Of a DNA stretch of 64,000 bases, positions 1 through 9,899 are shown piece by piece. The position numbers were made by a program, and so were the translations under genes. Every line of letters starts with the position of its first letter. Positions within the stretch are counted from its first letter, which is position 1. Under the pieces are notes generated by a model. That model was not told the origin of the DNA, ran no database searches, and worked only from the letters and a program-made list of their open reading frames with translations. Source of the stretch: Arcobacteraceae bacterium (GTDB taxonomy: Bacteria > Campylobacterota > Campylobacteria > Campylobacterales > Arcobacteraceae); assembly GCA_963677755.1 (NCBI GenBank), contig OY782506.1:958137-1022136 (forward strand), given 5' to 3'.

Positions 1-998
1 TCTGTTATTTTTTTAGCTTGAACATCTAAAGCACCTCTGAAAATAAATGGAAAACCAAGTACATTGTTTACTTGATTTGGGTAATCACTTCTTCCTGTTC
101 CAATAATAGCATCATCTCTTACTTCAAGAATCTCTTCTGGTAAAATTTCTGGCGTAGGATTTGCTAGTACTAAAATAATAGGATTTTTCGCCATAAGTGA
201 AACCATTTTTTTAGATACTGTTCCAGCAACACTAAGACCTAATAAGACATCAGCATCTTTAATAGCATCTTCAAGTGTTTCATCTTCTGTTTGGATAATA
301 AAATCTTTTTTGTATTCATTTAAATCATCTCTTTTATGATTGATTACACCTTTACTATCACACATAAGAATATTTTTTGCACCAAGTTTTCTATACATAT
401 TTGCACAACTCATAGCAGCACCACCTGCACCACTAATAACAATTTTCATATCTTCTATTTTTTTATTTACAAGTTCACTTGCATTTATTAGTGCAGCTGT
501 TGTGATAATAGCAGTTCCATGCTGATCATCGTGCATAACAGGAATATTTACTCTTTTTTGAAGTTCTTTTTCTATTTCAAAACATTTAGGTGCTTTTATA
601 TCTTCAAGGTTAATCCCCCCAAAACTAGGAGCTAAAGCAACACAAATATCAACTATTTTTTTAGGATCAAGTTCATCTAATTCTAAATCTACTCCATCTA
701 CATTAGCAAATTTTTTAAATAATACAAGTTTCCCTTCCATTACGGGCTTTGCAGCGAGAGGTCCAATATCCCCTAAACCTAAAACGGCAGTACCATCACT
801 AATAACAGCAACCATATTCCCTTTTGCTGTATATTTATATGCTAGTTTTGGATCTTTTTCTATTTCAAGACATGGTATGGCAACGCCTGGAGAATACGCT
901 ATTGATAAGTCTTTTTGTGTATCACAACCTTTTGTAACATTAGTACTTATTTTCCCACCAATATGGTATTGAAGTACCTCTTCATCTGTAATTTTCAT
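1..998 (-). CDS. NAD(P)-dependent malic enzyme, N-terminal ~332 codons (3' end runs off the window)
   Basis: Open minus-strand frame from ATG (complement of 996-998) to the window edge. It is missing from the ORF track because no stop is reached. Hand translation MKITDEEVLQYHIGGKIS...YSPGVAIPCLEI...GLGDIGPLAAKPVMEGK...HDDQHGTAII...ISGAGGAAMSCA fits malic enzyme N-terminal and NAD-binding domains. Confidence 0.85.
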   Translation of the reverse strand, partial: MKITDEEVLQYHIGGKISTNVTKGCDTQKDLSIAYSPGVAIPCLEIEKDPKLAYKYTAKGNMVAVISDGTAVLGLGDIGPLAAKPVMEGKLVLFKKFANVDGVDLELDELDPKKIVDICVALAPSFGGINLEDIKAPKCFEIEKELQKRVNIPVMHDDQHGTAIITTAALINASELVNKKIEDMKIVISGAGGAAMSCANMYRKLGAKNILMCDSKGVINHKRDDLNEYKKDFIIQTEDETLEDAIKDADVLLGLSVAGTVSKKMVSLMAKNPIILVLANPTPEILPEEILEVRDDAIIGTGRSDYPNQVNNVLGFPFIFRGALDVQAKKIT

Positions 999-1100
999 AA
1001 TCTATCCTAATTATTATAAGTTGATTCCTCTTGGAAGTATAAAAGTATACCTGAAGAACTATCAAATAATAATTAGTTATAAATAAAAAAGTTACTATTT

Positions 1101-1685
1101 TTATTCAGTAGCTTCACTTTCCCCTTTAAGTTCGGAGATTTTTGCATCAATTAATTCAAGAGTTTTTGCTTGGGTGTCATAAGATATTTGAGGTAGTTCA
1201 CCACCCCACATCTCTTGGGCTTCTTCAAAACCTTTTACGATTCCTTCTCTCCCTTTTTCAAGTTTGTCTAAATCATCACCAGAAAAACCTAGTACAAAGT
1301 CAGCAACTCTTTGCGATGTTTGGGAAATACCAAAAAATCCCTCTTCACTTATTAAAGAAGTTGCTTCATCTACAGATAATTCAGTAATAGGTTTTCCCTC
1401 ATAACCAGTATTTGAAAGATTAAAATTTTCATTATCACTATTTCCTGAAAGAAAGTTCAATATATTTTGTTGTGCTTCAGTGTTATCTTTGATTTGATCA
1501 CTTGCATCCATAGAGAAAAGTATAATTTGTGCATTCATAGATAAAGAGACTTCAATAGCAGATTTTTCAATTTGTTCCTCTACTGATAACTCTTTTTTTG
1601 TAGAAGTTTTTGAATTATCTTGTGAACTTGTATTTTGTGTTGCTTTTTCATTAGCTTGTGTGTAGCTATTTGTAGTTATTTGCAT
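1101..1685 (-). CDS. hypothetical acidic protein, 194 aa
   Basis: Long ORF in an otherwise empty interval, same strand as its neighbours. No motif recognised. Confidence 0.55.
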   Translation of the reverse strand: MQITTNSYTQANEKATQNTSSQDNSKTSTKKELSVEEQIEKSAIEVSLSMNAQIILFSMDASDQIKDNTEAQQNILNFLSGNSDNENFNLSNTGYEGKPITELSVDEATSLISEEGFFGISQTSQRVADFVLGFSGDDLDKLEKGREGIVKGFEEAQEMWGGELPQISYDTQAKTLELIDAKISELKGESEATE

Positions 1686-1768
1686 AATTTCACCTTTAGT
1701 TTAATATATAAGTTGATTATAGAACTTATATATTTAAACTAATATTAAGAAAAGGGATTAGGTCTTAC

Positions 1769-2869
1769 TTAAACATTAAAACGAAAGTGCATAATATCTC
1801 CATCTTGCACGATATAATCTTTCCCTTCAAGTTTTAGTTTCCCTGCTTCTTTACATTTTGCCTCTCCACCAAGTGCAATAAAATCTTCATAAGCTATAAC
1901 TTCAGCTTTAATAAAACCTTTTTCAAAGTCATTGTGTATAACAGCAGCTGCTTTTGGTGCAGTACAACCTTTTGGAATAGTCCAAGCTCGCACCTCTACT
2001 TTTCCAGCTGTAAAATAGCTTTGAAGACCTAGTTTATCAAAAGCTGTGTGGATTATTTTTTCTAGTCCAGACTCTGCAACACCAAGATCTGTTAACATCT
2101 CTTTTGCTTCATCATCTTCCATACCAACTAACTCTTCCTCTATTTTTGCACAGAGCATAATCAAATCAGCATTTACAGAATCAGCATGTGCTTGTAGTTT
2201 TTGTACATATTCATTTCCATCTACGAGGCTATCTTCATCAACATTTGCACCATAGATTACATCTTTGTTTGATAGAAAGCGTAACTCTTTATCAAGTTCT
2301 AAAAAGTTTTCATCTTCTCTATCTTCAAATGTTTTCACTGGATTTAAGGCATCTAAATGTGAAGCTAAAGCTTGTGCAATTTCAAGTTTTGCAGCAGCTT
2401 TTTTATCAAATTTTGAATCTTTTTTGAGTCTATCTAGTTTTTTATCAAGTTGAGTGATATCTGCATAGATAAGTTCAGTTTCTATAATCTCCAAATCTCT
2501 AATTGGATCAATTCCACCTTCAACATGTACAACATTAGGGTCATCAAAACATCGTACCATATGTAAGATAACTTCCACTTCTCTAATATTTGATAAAAAC
2601 TGATTTCCAAGACCTTCACCTTTAGAAGCACCTTTTACTAAACCTGCAATATCAACAAAATCAATAGTTGAATGTTGTATTTTTTCAGGATTTACTATTT
2701 TTGCTAGCTCATCAAGTCTTTTGTCAGGAACTGGTACTATTGCTTTATTTGGTTCAATAGTACAAAATGGATAGTTTTGTGCCTCCGCATTTTGTGCTTT
2801 TGTTAACGCATTAAAAGTTGTACTTTTACCAACATTTGGAAGTCCTACTATACCTACACCTAATCCCAT
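1769..2869 (-). CDS. ychF: ribosome-binding ATPase YchF
   Basis: 366 aa with P-loop GIVGLPNVGKST, a typical YchF coiled-coil insert and C-terminal TGS-like end (GDIMHFRFNV). Confidence 0.95.
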   Translation of the reverse strand: MGLGVGIVGLPNVGKSTTFNALTKAQNAEAQNYPFCTIEPNKAIVPVPDKRLDELAKIVNPEKIQHSTIDFVDIAGLVKGASKGEGLGNQFLSNIREVEVILHMVRCFDDPNVVHVEGGIDPIRDLEIIETELIYADITQLDKKLDRLKKDSKFDKKAAAKLEIAQALASHLDALNPVKTFEDREDENFLELDKELRFLSNKDVIYGANVDEDSLVDGNEYVQKLQAHADSVNADLIMLCAKIEEELVGMEDDEAKEMLTDLGVAESGLEKIIHTAFDKLGLQSYFTAGKVEVRAWTIPKGCTAPKAAAVIHNDFEKGFIKAEVIAYEDFIALGGEAKCKEAGKLKLEGKDYIVQDGDIMHFRFNV

Positions 2870-2929
2870 ATCAAACCTTTTATTATAAATTATTTTCGCG
2901 ATTATAGTGTAATTTTGGTTAATAGATTA

Positions 2930-4171
2930 TTATAGTAGGTTTCCTGCTAGATATCCACTGCTAAAAGCCCATTGAAGATTATAGCCACCACATGGACCAT
3001 CAAGATCAACAAGTTCTCCTGCAAAATAAAGCCCATTGATTATTTTACTTTGCATTGTTTTAGGATTAATCTCTTTTAAGCTTATGCCCCCTCTTGTAAT
3101 CATAGCCTTATCAAAACCATCATGACCATTTATAGTAAAAGGTGTCCAAGCTAATAGTTTGACAAGTTTATTTTTAGTGATTCCTGAGATGTTTTTAAAA
3201 GTCTGTGTGGAGTCTACTTCACTAAGTATACAAAGCTCTTTTATAACGCTTAAAGGTAATAGTTTTGATAGTTGTTCTTCTATAGAACTTTGAAGATTTT
3301 TTGTGGTTTCATTTTTGATATGTTGTAAAATAGCATCTTCATTCATCCCTTTTGTTAGGTTGATTAAAATAGGAACTTCCTTAAAAGTATCAAGATGTGG
3401 TGTTATCTCTCTTGCAAAATCTAGTATTACTGGACCTCTTAAACCTTTTTTTGTAAAGATTAAATCTCCAGTTGCTTTAAGTTTTTTGATTTTATTTTTT
3501 TTAGAATCTACTTTGATAGTTACTTTTGCAATAGTATCGGCAGTACAATGAGCTTGCCAACTCTCTACTGTATGAAGTGGCATCATTGCTGGATAGATAT
3601 TTGTTATGCTATGACCTAAATTTTTTACAACTTCATAACCATCTCCTGTTGCACCCAAAGTAGGGTAGCCTAAACCACCAGTTGCTAAAATAACCTTGTT
3701 TGTGTTGTAGATTGAGTTTAGAGTTTTTACTGCTTTTATTTTATTATTGTTTAGAACTATCTCTTGCAGTTTTTGATTTGTTTTTATCTCTACATGAAGT
3801 TCAAGCAATTTATTCTTTAGTGCTTCTATAATAGTATTTGAACTATGCGTTGTGGGGAAAATACGAAAACCATCTGGAATGTGGGTATCAACTCCAATTG
3901 ATTTAAAAAACTCCATAAGTTTTTTGTGATCAAGTACCTCTAATGCATCCCTCATAAATCTTCCATTTTTTCCAAATGATTTCATAAAGGTTTCATTGTC
4001 AAGAGTATTACTTAAGTTGCATCTTCCTCCCCCTGTTGCTTTGAGTTTTGAAGCTAATTGGGGAAGTTTTTCTAAAAGTAGGGTAGAGTTACCCTTTTGT
4101 GCAGATTGTATTGCTGCAATGAGTCCTGCTGCTCCTGAACCTATAACTACAACATCATAGTTTTTATCCAT
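2930..4171 (-). CDS. HI0933/BaiN-family FAD-dependent oxidoreductase
   Basis: 413 aa. N-terminal GSGAAGLIAA dinucleotide fold, TGGGRCN motif and C-terminal GELVDLDGPCGGYNLQWA, all typical of this family. Confidence 0.85.
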   Translation of the reverse strand: MDKNYDVVVIGSGAAGLIAAIQSAQKGNSTLLLEKLPQLASKLKATGGGRCNLSNTLDNETFMKSFGKNGRFMRDALEVLDHKKLMEFFKSIGVDTHIPDGFRIFPTTHSSNTIIEALKNKLLELHVEIKTNQKLQEIVLNNNKIKAVKTLNSIYNTNKVILATGGLGYPTLGATGDGYEVVKNLGHSITNIYPAMMPLHTVESWQAHCTADTIAKVTIKVDSKKNKIKKLKATGDLIFTKKGLRGPVILDFAREITPHLDTFKEVPILINLTKGMNEDAILQHIKNETTKNLQSSIEEQLSKLLPLSVIKELCILSEVDSTQTFKNISGITKNKLVKLLAWTPFTINGHDGFDKAMITRGGISLKEINPKTMQSKIINGLYFAGELVDLDGPCGGYNLQWAFSSGYLAGNLL

Positions 4172-5079
4172 TATTTTTTTCTAGCCTTTAGATAAGCTCG
4201 TTTAGGAGCAGGGTAGCCTTCTATAGTTTTATCTGGATCATTTGTATCTCTAAAATCATCCAAACTCATACCAAAAGTCCATGGGGTTACACGCTGTTCT
4301 TTTTCATCAGTTTTGGTTATTTCTATAAGCTCTATATCTGTAAATCCAGCACGATGAAGCCAGTTTTTAAAGCAATTTACTGTTGGGATAAAATAGATAT
4401 TTGGTATCATCGCGTATCGCTCTTTAGGAACTAAACACACTTCATTCTCCCCATCAATCATAAAACTATCTACAATAATCTCTCCACCACTATTTAAAGC
4501 TCTATTTAAAGATTTTAGTGAAGCTATAGGATCACTTCTATGATATAAAACACCAAGCATAAAAATGAAATCGAATTTATGCTCATAAAATTCTAGATGC
4601 TCAACACCTAAGAGTTCATAGTGTATATCACTTTGAATAAAATGATTGACTATATCAAATTGTGTTTTAAATATAGCAGAAGGGTCAAATCCTATAAGTT
4701 TTTTTGGATTTTGAGATAACATTCTAAACATATAGTATCCGTTGTTACAACCTACATCAGCTACAATTTTATCTTTTAAATCAAAATGTTTTTCAAGTAG
4801 ATTATATTTAAGATTACTTTGCCATTCGCTATCAACTTCTATACCACAAATATTAAAAGGACCTTTTCGCCATGGTATAAGTTTTTTAAGATTTTTTTCT
4901 AATTGTTCTGTTTCTTTTTGAGATATGTTCTTTGTAGCACTTACCCAATCTTCATTGATATTAATATTTATATTAGTAGTATCTATTTTTTTTATATTTT
5001 CTAATGCTTCTCTCATTGGAATTATATTTTTCCATTGAAGCCATTTTTCTCTTTCTTGTCGTATATTATTTAAATTCAT
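4171..5079 (-). CDS. cmoB: tRNA U34 carboxymethyltransferase CmoB
   Basis: 302 aa. PWRKGPF...EWQSNLKY signature and SAM-MTase motif VADVGCNNGYY. Confidence 0.9.
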   Translation of the reverse strand: MNLNNIRQEREKWLQWKNIIPMREALENIKKIDTTNINININEDWVSATKNISQKETEQLEKNLKKLIPWRKGPFNICGIEVDSEWQSNLKYNLLEKHFDLKDKIVADVGCNNGYYMFRMLSQNPKKLIGFDPSAIFKTQFDIVNHFIQSDIHYELLGVEHLEFYEHKFDFIFMLGVLYHRSDPIASLKSLNRALNSGGEIIVDSFMIDGENEVCLVPKERYAMIPNIYFIPTVNCFKNWLHRAGFTDIELIEITKTDEKEQRVTPWTFGMSLDDFRDTNDPDKTIEGYPAPKRAYLKARKK

Positions 5080-5173
5080 TTTGTAATTCTACTTTAATTT
5101 TACTTTAAAGTGATATATCAACTAATGATGTTAAAATAAATTCTTATAATAAATATAACTTCAAGGATAAATA

Positions 5174-6400
5174 TTGAAACCACAAGATTTAAAATCAGAT
5201 CACAAAAAAAATATTTTACATGGATTTTTTCTCACAATTGGAACAACAATAGCTGAACCACATACAATTTTACCATTGATTATTAGTCATTTTGGCGGTG
5301 GGGCTATATTGATTGGTTTTTTCTCTTCTCTTCTTAGAGGTGGAGCTATTCTTGTGCAACTTTATGCTGCTTTTCATGCACAGAGTTATCCTAAAATGTT
5401 ACCTTATTTTAGAAGAGTTTTAGTAACACGATTTTTTGCTTGGTTGTTTATTGGTATAGCAATACTGATGATTGGAGATTCAAATCCTACTCTAACTTTA
5501 TGGTGTATTGGAGTTGGACTTTTTGTTTTTTCATTTGCTGCTGGGTTTGGTGCTATATATTTTAAAGAGATTATTGCAAAAGTATTTACCCATAAATTTA
5601 GAGGCAAAAGTATGTCGATACGCCAGTTCTTTTCAGGTGCTGGTGCAATTATGAGTGGAGCCGTTGCTGGGGTTATCTTAGCAAATTATGAAGCACCTTT
5701 AAGTTTTGGGATACTTTTTGTTGCATCTACTTTTATAATGGGATTTGGTTATTTAGCTGCTGGGACATTATCTGAACCTATAAAAGAAAATGTCGCTGTA
5801 AAAGAGAAGTCCTTTAAAGAATTTTTGAAAAATGCTTATAAAATCTTACAAAATGATTCTCAACTCAAAGTACAAGTTTTTACTTTTCTTTTAGCTTATT
5901 CATATTTGTTTGCTTTACCTTTTATAATTATTGATGCAAGTGATAAGATAGATCTTCACGGAACAGCAATCGGGATGCTTATAACTGCACAAATGGTAGG
6001 AGCAATGTTTAGTAATATTTTATGGGGAAAACTAAGTTCTCATGGGAAAAACAAACTCATAGCCCAAATTACAATTGCAACAACAATTTTTGCTATATTG
6101 TTAGCTTATATAAATAGTTCACTTTACGGTTATATGTTTCTATTTTTCCTTGTAGGAACAGCGATGGATGGAAATAGAATAGCTTCTGGAAATCTTATTT
6201 TAATTTTAGCACCAGAAGATAAAAGACCTGTATATACTGCTTTGCAAACAAATATTGTATCATTTGGATTGTTTTTTTCTATAATAGGAGGAGTTGTCTT
6301 AACTGTATCTTCTTATACTTTTTTATATAGTTTTACAGTTGCTTTTTTAGTTTTAGCAATGATTTTATCATTTAAATTGGAAGATGAAAAAAAATTATAA
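5174..6400 (+). CDS. MFS-type transporter
   Basis: 408 aa and highly hydrophobic, with about 12 predicted helices by eye. TTG start as given by the track. Confidence 0.75.
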   Translation: MKPQDLKSDHKKNILHGFFLTIGTTIAEPHTILPLIISHFGGGAILIGFFSSLLRGGAILVQLYAAFHAQSYPKMLPYFRRVLVTRFFAWLFIGIAILMIGDSNPTLTLWCIGVGLFVFSFAAGFGAIYFKEIIAKVFTHKFRGKSMSIRQFFSGAGAIMSGAVAGVILANYEAPLSFGILFVASTFIMGFGYLAAGTLSEPIKENVAVKEKSFKEFLKNAYKILQNDSQLKVQVFTFLLAYSYLFALPFIIIDASDKIDLHGTAIGMLITAQMVGAMFSNILWGKLSSHGKNKLIAQITIATTIFAILLAYINSSLYGYMFLFFLVGTAMDGNRIASGNLILILAPEDKRPVYTALQTNIVSFGLFFSIIGGVVLTVSSYTFLYSFTVAFLVLAMILSFKLEDEKKL

Positions 6401-6512
6401 ATTTAATATGTATACTTGTATATAAAATTTAAATTAGAAATGTAAGGTTACTTTAATATTCTTAAAGTTGCTTTTAACTATAATTATTCAAATAATAAAA
6501 TAAGGTTGGTTT

Positions 6513-8396
6513 TTGAATAAAATAAGATTTTCTTATATAGTTATTACTGCAGTTTTTTCTTTTCTTTTACTTACATTTATTTATCATCAAAATACACATG
6601 CTACAGCTGTAGATAATGCAAAAGCAAAAATAAATGAGCTGCTTCTTAATTATGAGGCAGTTCGTGCTTATGTTGGAAAAGTACAAAAAGAGGAGATATA
6701 TCATCTTCAACAAAAAGGTGTAGTAGATAAGGAATATTTTAGTCCAGCTTTATTATCGTCAACATTTAGTGCAAAAAACATTAATAATTTTTATAATGAG
6801 TTTAAAGGAAAACTACAACAAAGTCCTGTAACTATAAGATTTGCCAGTGATAATCCTAGAAATACCTCAAATAAAGCAACAAAAAAAGAATCAGAAATTT
6901 TACATAAGTTTAATACCCAAGAGATTAATGAATATAGTGAAATTATTGAGAAAAATGGCGAGCCTATTTTATACTATGTTTTACCTACAAAACCAACTGA
7001 TGAGAAATGTATGAGATGTCATTCAGACCCTAAGTTAGCACCAAAAGGATTAATAGAAATCTATGGAGATACAAATGGCTTTTATGAAAAAGTTGGAGAT
7101 ATTAGAGCAGTTTTATCTACAACTTACCCTTTAAGTAAAGACTTTAAGAGTGCCGATAAAACATTTATTATATTAACTTTAGTTACTTTTGTAGTTTTTG
7201 TAGGATTGTTAGTTTTAGTTTATTTTTTTACAAAAAAAATAAATGAGGCAAATGTTACACTAGATAAAAAAGTGGTTCAAAGAACAAAAGAATTAAAAGA
7301 GGAAAAAGAGCATATTAAAGCTATTTTAGATATTAATCCAAATATTATTATAGTTATACAAAATGACAGTATTATAAGTGCGAATAGACAATTTTTTAAA
7401 TTTTTTGATTGTAATTCAATCGAAGAATTTAAGGAAAAAAATAAAACAATTAGTAATTTAATTGTTGAGATTGATAAAAAAGCTCTCCCTAAAAACAATC
7501 AAATAAATGACTTACCTTGGTATGAGTATCTAGCAAATGTTAAAAAGAAAGTACACCATATCTTAATTGACTTTAACAATACACAAAGTTGTTTTCTCAC
7601 AAGTGCAACGCATTTTCATAATCAAGGAGATATTTTACTCACTTTTAATGATATTACAGAACAAATTAAAAAAGATAAACTTCTTGAAGAACAGACAAAA
7701 TTAGCTGCAATGGGAGAGATGATAGGAAATATTGCTCATCAATGGCGACAACCATTATCCGTAATATCTACAAGTTCTACAGGTATGCAAATACAAAAAG
7801 AGCATAATATGTTAGAAGATGATAAGTTTAATGAATACTGTAATATTATCAATGAAAATGTACAGTATCTCTCAAAAACTATAGATGATTTTAGAGATTT
7901 TATAAAAGCAGACAAAGAGAAGATGAATTTTCAACTTAATGATACAGTTAATAGTTTTTTAAAACTTGTAGATGGTTCTATTAAAAGTGAACATATAAAT
8001 ATTGTATTGGATATTGAAGAAGATATTACTTTGTACGGATACCCAAATGAATTAGTACAATGTTTTATGAATCTTTTTAATAATTCAAAAGATGCTTTAC
8101 AAACAATAGATGAAGAAAATAGATATATATTTATCTCAATTAAAAAAGAAAGTAGTGGTACTTTAATATCTTTTAAAGATAGTGCAAATGGGATTGATCC
8201 AAAAATTCAATCAAAAATTTTCGAACCATATTTCACCACAAAACATCAATCTCAAGGTACTGGACTGGGACTTCACATGGTTTATTCCATGATTGTTGAT
8301 AGTATGAGAGGTTCTATAGAGGTGAGAAATGTAGGGTTTACATACGAAAATAAATTTTTAAAAGGTACTGAATTTAAAATATTATTTACAAACTAA
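6513..8396 (+). CDS. sensor histidine kinase with periplasmic haem-c (DUF3365-like) domain and a PAS-like region
   Basis: 627 aa. N-terminal TM helix, CMRCH haem-c motif in the periplasmic part, second TM helix, H-box NIAHQWRQPL, and ATPase G-boxes (DSANGID, GTGLGLH). Confidence 0.8.
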   Translation: MNKIRFSYIVITAVFSFLLLTFIYHQNTHATAVDNAKAKINELLLNYEAVRAYVGKVQKEEIYHLQQKGVVDKEYFSPALLSSTFSAKNINNFYNEFKGKLQQSPVTIRFASDNPRNTSNKATKKESEILHKFNTQEINEYSEIIEKNGEPILYYVLPTKPTDEKCMRCHSDPKLAPKGLIEIYGDTNGFYEKVGDIRAVLSTTYPLSKDFKSADKTFIILTLVTFVVFVGLLVLVYFFTKKINEANVTLDKKVVQRTKELKEEKEHIKAILDINPNIIIVIQNDSIISANRQFFKFFDCNSIEEFKEKNKTISNLIVEIDKKALPKNNQINDLPWYEYLANVKKKVHHILIDFNNTQSCFLTSATHFHNQGDILLTFNDITEQIKKDKLLEEQTKLAAMGEMIGNIAHQWRQPLSVISTSSTGMQIQKEHNMLEDDKFNEYCNIINENVQYLSKTIDDFRDFIKADKEKMNFQLNDTVNSFLKLVDGSIKSEHINIVLDIEEDITLYGYPNELVQCFMNLFNNSKDALQTIDEENRYIFISIKKESSGTLISFKDSANGIDPKIQSKIFEPYFTTKHQSQGTGLGLHMVYSMIVDSMRGSIEVRNVGFTYENKFLKGTEFKILFTN

Positions 8397-8402
8397 TATC
8401 TC

Positions 8403-8432
8403 ATAGAATTTCTCATTCTATCTTTTTCTTTT
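8403..8432 (+). terminator. putative rho-independent terminator after the kinase gene
   Basis: ATAGAAT-ttctc-ATTCTAT hairpin followed by a T-rich tract. Confidence 0.4.
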
Positions 8433-8469
8433 CTCTTTGACTCAAATACCATTTCATTTCATGAATTTT

Positions 8470-8485
8470 CTTGACTTAGGTCAAG
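8470..8485. promoter_or_regulatory. Crp/Fnr-family-type palindromic operator candidate
   Basis: Perfect palindrome CTTGAC-TTAG-GTCAAG (TTGAC-N4-GTCAA class) about 75 nt upstream of the ATG at 8561. Confidence 0.45.
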
Positions 8486-8560
8486 GAAATTTTATTAGAA
8501 TAGTTATAAACTTTAAAACTATATTTATTTATTAAGTATTGATTAAAGAAAGGAGACTTT

Positions 8561-9094
8561 ATGAGTGGACCGAATCAATTTTGGATTAGAGTTGTACTAG
8601 TATTTATTGCAATTATTGGTATAGTTTTATTAGGACGAGCCATTATGCTACCAGATAGTTGGGGTCAGTATGGTTATTACAGAGGTGGATTTATAGACCA
8701 AGAAGCTCATAAAGATATGAAGTATGGTACCAATGAATCTTGTAAAGAATGTCATATTGAGGTTCTTGAATTAAAAGAACACTCATCTCACAAAAGGCTT
8801 GCCTGTGAAGCCTGTCACGCGCCCATTGCGGAGCATATAAAAAATAACAAGAAGTTTGTAGATATGCCAACTAAAAAAGGGGAACGACAAATTTCTCTTT
8901 GTTTAAATTGTCACCAAAAAGCTATCGGTAGACCTGAAAAATTTCCTATGATAGATCATAAAACTCATTTAAGTGAGCAAAATGTTAAGTCAACACATAC
9001 TTGTGATCAATGTCATACCGTTCATGCACCTCTAGAAAATATCAATCATGTTAAAAAACAAAGATCGTTAAAGGAGGCACTCAATGAAAAATAA
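8561..9094 (+). CDS. membrane-anchored tetrahaem cytochrome c
   Basis: 177 aa with an N-terminal TM helix and four CXXCH motifs (CKECH, CEACH, CLNCH, CDQCH). The architecture resembles NapC/NrfH or anchored c3-type cytochromes. Confidence 0.8.
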   Translation: MSGPNQFWIRVVLVFIAIIGIVLLGRAIMLPDSWGQYGYYRGGFIDQEAHKDMKYGTNESCKECHIEVLELKEHSSHKRLACEACHAPIAEHIKNNKKFVDMPTKKGERQISLCLNCHQKAIGRPEKFPMIDHKTHLSEQNVKSTHTCDQCHTVHAPLENINHVKKQRSLKEALNEK

Positions 9095-9899
9095 AATTAC
9101 TCAAGAGTTTATTGATAATGATAGAAGATCATTTATTGATAAAGTTGTAAAAGGTACGATTACTGGTTCATTAATGGTTATGATACCAATGAGTTCTAAA
9201 CTTTTTAGTGAAGTTTTAGGTGAAGAAAAAGAGGCACAAAGTGAAATAAATCCTATGGATTTAAATGCTAATTATTGTTTTATAGTGGATGTTACAGCTT
9301 GTATTGGCTGTGGCAATTGTTGTGTTGCCGATAGAAAAGAGAATAATGTTCCCCAAGGTCAGTATCGAACTTGGGTTGAAAGATATGTTATAGATATGGT
9401 AAATAAAGTGTATGTAGATTCACCAGATGGTGGAGAACATGGTTACAGTAATATACCAATTAATAAAACTATAAAAGAGATAAAAGAAGCATTTTTTGTA
9501 CCAAAGCTTTGTAATATGTGTGATGAACCTTCATGTACTCAAGTTTGTCCAGTAGCTGCTACATTTACGACACCTGATGGCTTTGTACTGGTTGATAGCG
9601 AGCATTGTGTTGCCTGTGGATATTGCATTCAAGCTTGCCCTTATGGTGTAAGATATATAAATAAAGATACGAAAACGGCTGATAAATGTACTTGGTGTTA
9701 CCATCGTGTGAGAAAAGGTAAATTACCTGCATGTGTAAATGCTTGTCCTACGGGAGCAAGAAAATTTGGTGACTTAAATGACCCATCTAGTGAAGTATCT
9801 AAAATTTATAATTCAAAATCTAGACTTAAAGTTCTTAAAAAAGATTTAGGAAATGAACCAAGCCTTTATTATATTGATCTACATGAGGAGGTAGTGTAA
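9084..9899 (+). CDS. Tat-exported 4Fe-4S protein, NrfC/PsrB/DmsB family
   Basis: 271 aa. Twin-arginine motif DRRSFIDK and four ferredoxin-type Cys groups (CIGCGNCC, CNMCDEPSCTQVCP, CVACGYCIQACP, CTWC...CVNACP). Overlaps the upstream gene by 11 nt. Confidence 0.85.
   Translation: MKNKITQEFIDNDRRSFIDKVVKGTITGSLMVMIPMSSKLFSEVLGEEKEAQSEINPMDLNANYCFIVDVTACIGCGNCCVADRKENNVPQGQYRTWVERYVIDMVNKVYVDSPDGGEHGYSNIPINKTIKEIKEAFFVPKLCNMCDEPSCTQVCPVAATFTTPDGFVLVDSEHCVACGYCIQACPYGVRYINKDTKTADKCTWCYHRVRKGKLPACVNACPTGARKFGDLNDPSSEVSKIYNSKSRLKVLKKDLGNEPSLYYIDLHEEVV

Noticed and set aside
340-525. 61-aa plus-strand ORF near the window start.
   Set aside because: It lies antisense within the malic enzyme coding region and its hydrophobic repeat-like sequence is typical of a shadow frame.
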